From the NCBI RefSeq assembly GCF_009914755.1, contig NC_060929.1: a stretch of DNA of 64,000 nucleotides; one strand, written 5' to 3'. Made by a program: the position numbers and the translations under genes. Source of the stretch: the human T2T-CHM13v2.0 reference genome, Homo sapiens. The notes beneath the pieces are model-generated. The model did no database searches and was not told the DNA's origin. It worked only from the letters and a program-made list of their open reading frames with translations. Positions 52,510 to 64,000 of the stretch are shown here, in pieces. Every line of letters starts with the position of its first letter. The first letter of the stretch is position 1.

Positions 52510-55500
52510 CTCCTGCATCTCTTGTTGCTTCCTTAGGTTTCACCAGACTCAAGTCACAGAGATCTTTGAGAGCTAGGGACAAATTATGCCACACAAGCAG
52601 GTGTGGTGCACAAAAATATAATTGCATTATTTTGTTAATACTAACAAAAACCTATAGATTATTTGTGAAGATGGATCCCAATATTGGGGGCAAGGTATGA
52701 AAAGAACATAAGCTAGATCAGGTTGAGTTTCTTGTTTTGAGTTTACAAAACAAAGATTCACAATTAGCTACAACTGTGTGGCCCAATTCAGAAATGAGAA
52801 CTGCAGTGGAATAATATTTCTTACTTCTTTTGAAGTGAATGTATGTGTATACTAGTTATTTTTTCTCTTCTTTCCTTTTCTCCATCACATGATTTTTAAA
52901 AGTAGATAATCATATATGTCAGTATTAAGACATATGATATCAAAAGAGGAATTTCATCCAGCTAGAAAAAAAAAAAAAATCTCACCCGACATTGAAACAA
53001 TCGCTTTTCATCCTATATGGAGAGAGGGTTACTGTGTTCCCAGCTCTATGAGGAATAGATGTATTTTGTTAGTAACAGGCATGATTTTGGGAATATATTT
53101 CTTCAACATAAGTTGTTTGATAAAAGTTGTATATAACAATAACAAGTTAATAATATCGGATTGTGATATTGTCTGTATGGTGTTAACACCATACAAAAGA
53201 GTTCCATTTACCAGTTTCCATCTTTGAATTGTTTCAAATTTTTGTGGTCTATAAGAGATATTTTACATCGGATTTGAAAAGCAGAAGTGAGGCAGACAGT
53301 TCTTAGATAAAGCAGTAGGAATTATATGAATATTTTTAACAGTAGGGGACTAACGTAACCATTAAAAAAATTAAAAGGAGAGGAATAAAGAAAAAATAGC
53401 TAATTTTGGACGATAGCCTAAAGAAGGTAAGTAGTGCTGAACAGAGGAGTTAGAGACTAGAGGAAAATGATGAAATCTTCAGCAGATGTAGAGGAGAAAA
53501 ATTCTAAAGCACAGTGAAAGAAGAACGGGTAGAATATTGTTACGTTTTATGTAGTAACTCTCTAAACTTGATTTCAGAGTTTGTTGGAGTCTTCTAATCT
53601 ACAGAAATCAATGTACATTGACAGAGTCAATCTCAATAATCTAGAAATATATACATTATAATGTACTAAAATTCTTTTCTAACTACTGACAAATATTATT
53701 AGTCTTTGGAATTTGAAAATGAGAAATCAGAATTCCTGGAAATTCTGTAGAATCCCAAAGCCATAGTCATTATTAAAATACTTCTAGTATTTTTAAACTT
53801 TTTATTCATTATTATAGACATCTAAAAATTGCTTATAACATAAGGAGTATTAAATTTAATTGTACCTGCAATGGACTGTGGCCAATAGTTAATGCATTGG
53901 AAAATGCCAGCAAATATCATCAGGTAATAACTTCACCTTCAAATTTCCTTGTTGATTGACAAAGGCAGGCCAAAATTTCTTAAAACACCTGTTATTTTTC
54001 AAAATACCACTCATTTGTACAATGTATACTGTGTCTGTAAACATATTAAAATATATTTTGTTTGCAAAATGACTCCCTTTTCACAGAAGTTGGGGGCCAC
54101 AAACACAAACTTGTAATTTGGCAAAAACTACAAGAGGGACTCACTGATTAGTTCATGAACATTTCTTTCATGTTTGGTCCTGCCCTGGTCTCAGAAATGC
54201 TTAACTTAACCTTTGGCTGTGCATCAATGTGTCCTGATCTTGCTATTGACTTGATATCAGTGGATGCCTTTGAATGAGTAACATTCTCCTGTTAAATGTT
54301 AAAAATTAAATTCTCACATAAAAATTATATTTTCTTGTGCTTCTAAACAATTTTCCTCAGAATTATGGATTCAGGGGAAACAAACAAACAAACATAAATC
54401 TCTTCAGAGTTTCAAGAACAGATTCTCATGTGAAAAAATATTTTAATGAATTTGTTAGGTTTTTTGCATCAGTTTCCCCAAATTAAAGAAGAATAGCTGT
54501 CTCCCTTCTATTTGTATCTAATACTAAAAAGCAGATGCCTAAATATGGCTTAATCTCCTTTCTTTTACCTGCATCTCCTGAAGTATGTGTGCATTCTACT
54601 TTTTCTCTCTCCTCCCCACTGTCTTGTAGTTTTTGATCTTCATCTCAACCAAACATTAGAGTTTCTCTTTTAAAACTTATCTCAACTTTTTCTATTGCAT
54701 GATCTGTTTTTCCTGTGAATGAATGAAGTCTTGTAATCCTTTCAGTTCTATTTCTTTTCCATTTTAACAAAACATAATTGTACTTTGTCTTTTGAGAAGG
54801 TAAAGATCTAAATATGTGGATAATAAAATACTTATAAATATGTTGACCTTGTAAAACAATCATTTGATCTTGCTGTACAATACAGATTGTTTTTGTCAGA
54901 AAGATCAGCAGAAAAAAATGTGTAAGAACAGCTTTATATATTGTAAGTTAAAATACATCTCATATTGAGATGCAAAAATGATAAAAAAGTATATTTTTTT
55001 CTTAGGAAAACAAGGTTAAGATATCTCTGTACATTTTCAGAAGAGGTAAAATGCAGAAAAGGAACTAATCTGATGGTAGACATGAAGGTGTGTATCATAA
55101 ATGTTATGTATGTTGTGGCTGAATTAATTACATGATATCCAAGTAAATATGAGTTACATTGTTAGATATGTGGGGCAAATTTAAAAGGAAGACTCCTTTT
55201 ATTTAGAGAAATAAAAGGACTTTGCTGCAAGAAAGAAATATCTCAGTCAGAGAATGGAAAATGAAGAGATATGACTAAAGGAAACAAAAGAAAGATACAG
55301 TTAGATGAAAACACAGAAGTTGAAAATATATTAAAAAGTAAAGTGGCAAAGAATTAGCTGAGATGACTGATAAGCATTATAAAATATCAAGTGAAGTTAA
55401 GTAAATGACACCTGAAGTAAGAAATTGTATTTGACTTAAAGAACACAGCACAGGCAATGCCATAAGATGAGTTAAAATGGAAACCACATTACTGAATATT

Positions 55501-56034
55501 AAGAAATGGAACCATTGAGGCTTTGAAGTCATTCATGAGAGAGGAACTATGTCAACCCCAAATGCATACTAAATCTTTCTGATAGATTATGTTAGATCAT
55601 ATTATTAGTCAATAATTCTTGTGAAACAACTGGAAGAAAATAGACGTGTAAGTATATTTGGTAAATAATCATATTTATTTCTTTGCAATAAAATTCTTAT
55701 TAAAGAAAATTATTGATATTATCAAAGAAGACTAATAAATGTCTAATTGAATTGGAAAATAGTACTAAATGCACTGGCCTAGAAATCAACTGAAATAAAG
55801 TTTGTTATTATAGTCAGTAACAAAAATCCAGCTCTATCAAGAACCAATAAATGCATGGTAAACTCATACCAATTCATTTAGGGAAAATCAATTACCAAAA
55901 AATGCATTTATAGTTCACCACCAATCTATTGTAGCCTTTGTCCTTTTTTATTATCCTCATTTTCACCACTCTTCCCTCCAAAAAAGTCCTGGCATGCTTT
56001 TATTTTATCTTATCCTAAAAATTGTTGCAATAAA

Positions 56035-59000
56035 TAACTGCATTCCATCTAATAGCTGCAGAATACATATTCTTCTTAAATGCACATGGGACATTCTCTA
56101 GGATAGATCGTACATTAGGCAAAAGCACAATTCTTAATATATTCAGGAAGATTGAAATTATGTCAAGCATCTTTTCTGATGACAACATTTCTAACACTAG
56201 AAATCAATAATAGGAGAAATATCAGAAAATTTATAAATATGCAGAAATTATACAACATGTTCCTGAAAAAGAATGGGCCAATAAATAAATTAAAAGGGAA
56301 ACTAAATAATTTTTAGAAAATTGAAAACTTGAACACCACATAAAATAACATACGAGATACAGCAAAAGCAGTACTAAGAGGGAAGTTTGTAGCAATAAAT
56401 ACCCAAGTCAAAAAAGAAAATGATGTTAAACAAGCAACCTAATGTTACTTCTCAAGGAACTGGAAAAACAAGAACAAAGTAAGACCAAAATTAATAACAG
56501 GAAGGGAACAATAAAGTTAAGAGCACAAATAAATGAAATGGAGACAATAAAATCAATAGAAAGATCAACAAAAATCATATATGTCTTCTTGAAAACATAA
56601 AAAAACACAAAACTTTAGTTGGATAAAAAGAAAAGCAAGAGAGAAGACTCAAATAAACAGAATCAGAGATGAAAAGGAAGACATGATAATTGATAAAGCA
56701 GAAATACAAAAGATCGTAAGATAGTATTTTGAATAATTATACACTCAAAAATGAAATAACCCATAATAAATGATAAAGCGTTAGATACACATAACCTACA
56801 AAAATTGAATTATGAATAAAAGGAAATCTGAGTAAAGATATTGAACTAATAATAAAATATCTCCCATCAAAGAAGAAGCTAAGACTGGATGTCTTTGCTG
56901 TTGAATTCTACCAAGTATTTAAAGAACTAATAAAAATTCGTATCAAACTCTTCCTAAATGTTAAAGAGAAAGGAATACTTCCAGATTCATTTTATTATTC
57001 TAGCATTACCATGATACCAAAACTTGGCAAGGACACAACTAAAAGGAGGAAATTACTGGAAAATATCCCTCCAATGTCCCTGATGAACATAGACGGAATA
57101 ATTCTCAGCAAAATACTCGCAAACCAAATTCCACAGCCTATTAAAATTTACTTCGCCAGGATCAAGTGGGATTCATCCCAGAGATGCAAAAGTGGTTCAA
57201 CATAATCAAATCAATATACATGATACATCACAGTAACAGAACCAAAAACAAATGCTATATGATCATTTCAATAGATACAGAAAAAGTATTTGAAAATTCA
57301 ATATTCCTTCATGATAAAAACTCTCAACAAATTCAGTATTGAAGGAACGTACATCAATACAGTAAAGGCCATATATAACAAATCCACAGCCAACATCGTA
57401 CCGAATGGGGAAATGTTGAAAGCTTTTTCTCAAAGATCTGGGAAAAAAACAAGGAAGCCCACTTTCATCACTTCCATTCAACATAGTACTGAAAGTTCTA
57501 GCCAGAGCAATCAGGCAAGAGAAAGAAAGAAAAGGCATCCAAATTGGAAACGAAGAAGTTAAAATGTCTCTGTGTGCATACAACGTGATCTTATTAATAT
57601 ATACAGAAAACTCTAAAGACCCCACCAAAAAACTATTAGAACTAACAAGCAAATTCAGTGAAGTTTCAGGATATAAATCAACATAATGGAAATCAATAGT
57701 GTTTCTATGCACTAACATGAACTCCCTGAAAAAATATCAAATAAACAATCTGATTTACAATAGCTACAAAGAAGCTTAAAAATAAATTTAAACACTGAGG
57801 TGAAATAGCTCTACAATGAAAACTCTATACTATTTATGAGAAAAATGAAAAAACACAAATAAGTGATAAGATATATTGTGTTTATTGATTGAAAGACAAT
57901 GTTGTTAAAATATCCATATTACTCAAAGAAATCTACAGATTCAATGCAATCATTAACAAAATACCAATGGCATTCTTCTCAGAAATGAAAAAAAATCCTA
58001 AAATTTATATGGAACCACAAAAGACTAAACAGCCAAAGCAATCGTAAGCAAAATCGATAAAGCTGGAGATAGCACACTACCTGACTTCAAAATATGCTGT
58101 GAAGTTACAGTAACCAAAGCAGCATGGTACTGCATTAAAACATACACATAAGCCACTGGAACAGAAGGGGAAGAGCATAAATAAGTCTAAGCCTTTACAG
58201 ACAACTGATTTTTGACAAAGGTGCAAAGAACATACAATGGAGAAAGGATAGTTTTCAATAAATGCTGCTGGGAAAACTGGATATGCACATGTAGAAGAAA
58301 GAAATTAGACTCTTATCTCTCATCGTATTTAAAAATAAACCCCAAATGGATTAAAGACTGACTCACTTGTAAAACTGTGGAACTACTAGAAGAAAACAGG
58401 GGAAAAGCTCCGTGATGTTGGTCTGGGAATTAATTTTTTTGGATTTAATCTCAAAAACACAGCAGTCAATGAAAGCAAAGATAGACAAGTGAAATTCAAT
58501 CAAACTAAAAGGCTTCTGCACAGCAAAGGTAACAATTAACAGAATGAGGAGACAGCTTACAGAATGGGAGAAAATATTTGCACACTATATAGTAATATTA
58601 TCTACTATCTATTTTATCTATTAATATTGTTAATATTTGCACATATCTATTAAGGTGTACATTCCAAAATATATAAGGAATGCAAACATCTCAATAGCAA
58701 GAAAACAAATAACTTGATTAAAAGATGAACAAGACATTTGAATACACATTTCCCAAAATACAAAAAATGGCTAACAGATATATGAAAAATTGCTTAACCT
58801 CACTAATCATCAGAAAAATGCAAATCAAAGCCACAATGTCAAATCATTCTTATTAGAATGACTATTATCAAAAAGACAAAAGATAACAAATATTGATGAA
58901 GATGTGGAGAGAAGGGAACCCTTGCACACTGTTGGTAGGAATGTAAATTACTACACTCATAATGGAAAACAGTATGAAGACTTCTCAAAAAATCAAAAAT

Positions 59001-59682
59001 GGAATTACCTTATGATCCAGCAATGCCACGGCTGGGCAAATATCCAGAAGTAAAGAAATCAGAACATCGAAGACATACACTATTATGTTTACTGCAGCTC
59101 TAGTTACAATAGCCAAGATACTGAATTAATTTAATTTATGTGTTCATCAATGGATGAATGAATAAAGAAAATATAATTCATACACACACACACTGGAATA
59201 CTATTCAGCCATAAAAAATAAATTCTGTCATTTGTGACAACATGAATGAGCCTGGAGGATATTATATCAAATGAAATAAGCCAGAGACAGAAAGACTAAT
59301 ACCACATAATCTCACTCACGTGTGGAATCTTAAATAGTTGATCCTTTGAAGTAGGGAGTAGAATGGTGGCTTCCAATAGTCCCTGGGGTATCCAGTGGAG
59401 AGCAACAGTTAGGGTAATGTTGGTCAAAGGATAAATAATTAGATAGAAGGAATAAATGTTGTATGGGATGATGAATATAGATAATGACAATATATTATAT
59501 TATTGAAAAACGCTAAGATAGTGCATGTTAAGTTTCTTACCGCAAAATTGATAACTATGTGAAGTAAAGTATAGGTAAATTAGCGAGATTTAACCATTCC
59601 ACAATGTATATATATTTAAAACATAATGTGGCACACAATAAATGCATACAATTTTATGTGTCCATTTTAAAAAGAAATAAAT
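56035..59682 (+). mobile_element. ~3.6-kb 5'-truncated L1MA (MA3-5-like) with disrupted ORF2 and 3' UTR
   Basis: Colinear ORF2 remnants (MIPKLGKDTT, MSLMNIDGIILSKILANQI, KAIYNKSTANI) and L1MA 3' end CCATTCCACAATGTATATATA. Confidence 0.93.
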
Positions 59683-61236
59683 TTGAAAATAAAGTATTTC
59701 AAAATTTTCTTGATTCTCAAAAATCTCAAAAGGCTGAAAACTAAAGTTGTATAGCTTTTTCCTCTAAGAAACAGCACTAAAACTACAATATATAATATAA
59801 AATAAGTTGACAAAAACAGTTCTTACTTGTAATTTCAAAATAATAATTTCTACATATTTGTTTTTATTGGCATGTATTCATAAAATAATGAGAGTCTGGA
59901 TAAACAATAAATAAAGTAATAAGCTGGAGCAATTTTCCCTTGTGTGCAATATGAATCATTGAAGATCAAGGCCTCTCAGCATCTCCATGACTCACTACTG
60001 CAGGATGCTACACTTATTCAGAAAGCCCAGTCAAGCGTGCACCAAAGACTGTGCACTCAGCAGGAAGGGAGTCCTTTTAGCATTATGAACTCAGCGGGAT
60101 CAACAGTTACAAGCTCCATAATAGACAGACTTGCTGCAGATGTCCCTTTCTTGTCTCTATATTGCAGTTTTCACTCTTCATTTTACATGGAAATATGTAG
60201 CATGTCTGTGTATGCTTAATCCATCCTGGCAATGAATATAACAGTGAAGAAGGCACTTTGCTCCATTAAGCAAATTAGATGCCAAATATTCTGTTAACCT
60301 ACATCATCTATATGTAACTATTCTGTAGGAATTTACATTTATAAGTCCCTTAGTTAATTATATTATTAAATAAAATATATGTTGAGCATTGCAAATTAGC
60401 TTCTTGTTAAAGACCCCGTATTTGAAAAGTAATTGAAATATACATGATTTCAATTATATAGGTGTTCAAAATTTAGTTGGGGATATGCACAAGAAATTGA
60501 TAAATAAAATGTGGCAATATAGTGTCGTATCTAGTACTTTAAAGATTTAGAATTAGAGCATGTATTTGAATTTATATCATGTATCCACATTTACTATTAA
60601 AATAGGTCCCTTTTTATGTTTTACCTCTTCTAAAAATTCACAGAATTATGTATTTCCTCTTGTTTCTCCGGGAAGAAAGTTAATTTCTACTATTAAATAA
60701 GACCTTACCTAGGCAGCATTTTAACATTCTAAGCCTCAGATTCTTTATCTCTAAATAGGATGGATTATATTTATATTGGAATATTTCTTTTTAAAGCCAG
60801 AGCAAAACAACTGTGACATTTAACACATGAAAATTGGCATTGGTCATTGCTTATGTCGCATATTCCTTATAATGGTTGTGTGTAAAAACACTAATCCAGT
60901 CATTATTTTACAGATGAGAAAAGTGAAATAAATACATAACTTAACACCATCTAATTATAATGTTCAGGTACTTGATTTAAATGCATTTATATTTTGTTTA
61001 CGTATTTTGGACTTAATATTTTAACATTCTTCCCATTTTATAATTCCTTAATGAAACAATGTCTCATAGATTAATACAAAATATGAAGAACCAAGATACT
61101 TCCCTTCACTGCCCCAGGAAATGCAAGGGAGAGGATATGAAATAAGCTTGGCCATCAAATCAGTTCTTCTATAGAAAACCTCTAATCTTCAAGACAATGT
61201 GATAAAACAATGAGGCCATTGAAAAGAATTTATGGA

Positions 61237-61799
61237 GGACTATTATTAAAAAGTCAAAAAATAACAGATGCTGGCAAGGTTTTGGAGAAAAGGGAACACT
61301 TATTAACTGCTGGTGGGAATTTGAATTAGTTTAGCCATTGTGGGGAGCAGTGTGGCAATTTCTCAAAGAACTAAAAACAGAACTACCATTTGACCCAGAA
61401 ATCCCATTATTGGGTATATACCCAAAATAATATAAATTGTTCTACTATAAAGACACATGCACATGTATGTTCATTGCAGCACTATTCACCATAGCAATCA
61501 TGGAATCAACCTAAATGCCCATCAATGGTAGACTAGATAAAGAAAACATGGTACATATCCACCATGGAATACTGCTCAGCCATAAAAAAGAATGAGATCA
61601 TGGATTCAGGAACCCTCTATTTGAGAGGAGGGGGAGTGGAGGGGGAGGATCAAAACACTACCTGTCGGGTACTATGCTTATTAGCTGGGTGATGGAATAA
61701 TCTGTATACCAAATCCCTGTGGCACGCAATTTACCTATATAACAAACTTACACATGTACGGTTAACCTAAAATAAGAGTTTAAAGAAAAATAAAAAATA
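61237..61799 (+). mobile_element. 5'-truncated L1PA15/16-like with an internal deletion near 61602
   Basis: ORF2 C-terminus up to GAATGAGATCATG, then a jump into the 3' UTR (GGGTACTATGCTTATTAGCTGGGTGATG) and an A-rich tail. Confidence 0.9.
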
Positions 61800-61843
61800 A
61801 CAATATTCGTGGTGTCCAGAGGCTAGCAGTTCTGGTAAGAATA

Positions 61844-62158
61844 AAGTAGTTTCTCCTTATCCATGAAGGATACATTCCAAGATCACCAGTGGATGCTTGA
61901 AGCCATGGGGAGTACAAAACTATGTACATCATGATTTTTCCTATAAATACATACCTATAATAATGTTTAATTGATAAATTAGGAACATTAAGATATTTAC
62001 AATAACTAATAATAAAATAGAACAATATAACAATAGCCTATAATAGTATTTGTGTTCATATAGTCTCTCTCTCAAAATATCTTGTACTGTGCTGATTTAT
62101 TTTTGCACCACACTTGACCATGGGTAACTGCAAAACTGTGGATAAAGGTGGAGTACTG
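61844..62158 (-). mobile_element. MER44A-like MITE (TcMar-Tigger)
   Basis: Degenerate terminal inverted repeats AGTAGTTTCTCCTTATCCA / TGGATAAAGGTGGAGTACTG, flanked by TA and CA (decayed TA TSD). Confidence 0.85.
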
Positions 62159-62958
62159 CATTCTTAATTTGAAAATGTATTTCATATAAATGCATAGAGT
62201 AATTTAAACAACTAGTATTATTAAAACTAAGCTAACAATTTTTCTTTCAAAAAAAGCATCAGCACAGAAACAACTGAAATTTTTGAAAACTAATTCAATT
62301 TGTGCTATTATATACAGTATTTACTGGATGTACACACGTGTGGATGCGCACATGTGCACACACAAACACACACATGGGAAATCTTCCACATTACAAAAAG
62401 GAATATCAAGAGCCCATTGGAGCACTTGATCTTTGATGACATCAACCTCTTCGGCTAATAATTTTCTCCAGAAAGGTCTTGACTTTCTGATTTCTTTTTT
62501 TGTTTCTCATATTCTATGGCCAGGGAGTCTCACTCTCTAACTCCATTTTTATTTTCTAATTCTGTTGCATTGAATGTCTGTTCAATAAGTGTGTTCTCCG
62601 GGTTCATATCATTGGTTCTCTTCTCTCAAGCTTCTATGGCTCTGAGATAGAATATATTTCTTCCACATCTGTGGTCTCATAGAATAGTAAAAATAACTCT
62701 CCTGCAATCCTTACTAAGAATAATGTCCATGTTTATTTTCACTTTTAGGCATATCATTTGCACTTACGATGCCAAGCCTCTATCTATTTGCTTCCAATTC
62801 TTCATTTTCAATATAATGCCACAGAAAGTCACTGTAATCATTAAAGAGTTTTTGACAAATCTAAGTGGAAACAGAACTTAAGCAGTTATATTAATCTAAG
62901 ACTCAAAATAAAGCACAATTGAAAGAACATCTATTCATGTCCTGGAATCCATCGTACT

Positions 62959-63362
62959 TGATGTGGTTTGCCTCTGTGTCCCCACCCAAATCTCATGTTG
63001 AATTATAATTTTTAGTATTAGGGGAGGGAGATTTTGAATTATAATTCCTAGTGGGAGGTGAATGGATCATGGAGTCAAATTTTCTATGTTTTGTTCTCAT
63101 GATAGATAGTGGGTTTGCACAAGAACTGATGGTTTAAAGGTGTGTGGTACATCCTCCTTCGTTCTCTCTCTCTCTCCTGCCACCATGTGAAGAAGGTCCT
63201 TGTTTTCCCCTTCGCCTTCCTCCATGGTTGTAAGTTTCTGCAGGCTGCCCAGTCATATTTCCCGCTAAACATGTGGACTTGTGAGTCAATTAAACCTCTT
63301 TCCTTCATAAATTACCCAGTCTCAGGTAGTTCTTCATAGCAGTGTGAGAACAGACTAATACA
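62959..63362 (+). mobile_element. MSTA-like solo LTR
   Basis: TGATGTGGTTTG...CCCACCCAAATCTCAT start, GACTAATACA end, ATTAAA signal, TSD GTACT/GAACT. Confidence 0.92.
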
Positions 63363-64000
63363 GAACTAGGGAAATTGCAATGGGGTATGAGGGAGAAAGA
63401 GAGGGGAACTCCTATAATTCTCTAAAACAGATTCATCCCATTTACCTTTAAAGTGTCTCTAAATTCCAAATTCCAAAAAGACACTACTTCTGCATATTGG
63501 ATAGTGGCACAGGTTATAAAATATATTATTTTTTTCCTCCAGAATCAGACAGTATATCCTTCAACGTTATGCCTATCTTTACTGTTCAGGTTATCCTGGG
63601 ATTAGAAAAAACTGAGTGAAGTTATTTAGAAGTAAGAACTTAAAGTAAAATCTTATTATGTATAATATGACTAATGCTGCACATTATTATAATTTTTTTC
63701 AAATTGACATTTTAAATCTGTGTCACTGAGTTTTCTAGTTTGAAAATTGCATTATTTGTCCCCCCTCTACATATACTATTCTTAGCAAAATGAAAATTAA
63801 ACTATTTTTAAATCGTTTAATTCTCTCAGCAACAAGGAAAGAGTATCAACTCAGATAATTAAAGCTGTAAACATTATTGCAAATTTTGACCGAGATAATT
63901 TAACAAACTGCTGTTGTATTTTGTTTTCCAAGGAAGCCAGTCCCTTTAGCTACTCAAAAATCAGCAAAATTTTATTTGTATAAGCTATGTATTCAAAAAT

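Noticed and set aside
56035-59682. Possible functional reverse transcriptase/endonuclease gene
   Set aside because: L1 ORF2 relic with many stops and frameshifts, 5'-truncated, no ORF1 or promoter.

Overview
AT-rich, CpG-depleted primate (human/ape-like) genomic DNA, intergenic or deep-intronic. I see no credible protein-coding exon, RNA gene or CpG island. The supplied ORFs are Alu, L1 or LTR read-throughs, low-complexity artefacts or chance ORFs. Most of the window is transposable-element debris: 11 dimeric Alus plus one monomer, many L1 fragments (L1PA3-like to L1ME), ERV1 elements (MER66-like provirus end, solo MER50), a nested ERVL/MaLR cluster at about 43.6-53.1 kb, a MER44 MITE, and L2/MIR relics. 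I found no evidence for a new gene-encoded biological system. The most notable structures are: a THE1 provirus nested in another THE1/MST LTR with an internal inversion-deletion and one intact DUX4-type site; a twin-primed L1; a ~420-bp polypurine tract replacing an AluJ tail; A30(TA)29 at an AluY tail/TSD; a MER50 solo LTR keeping CCAAT/TATA/ETS motifs; several templated-insertion-like scars; an 11:1 Alu strand bias; and a few repeat-free candidate regulatory islands. Subfamily names come from my memory of consensus sequences and need RepeatMasker/Dfam confirmation. Boundaries of old elements are approximate.
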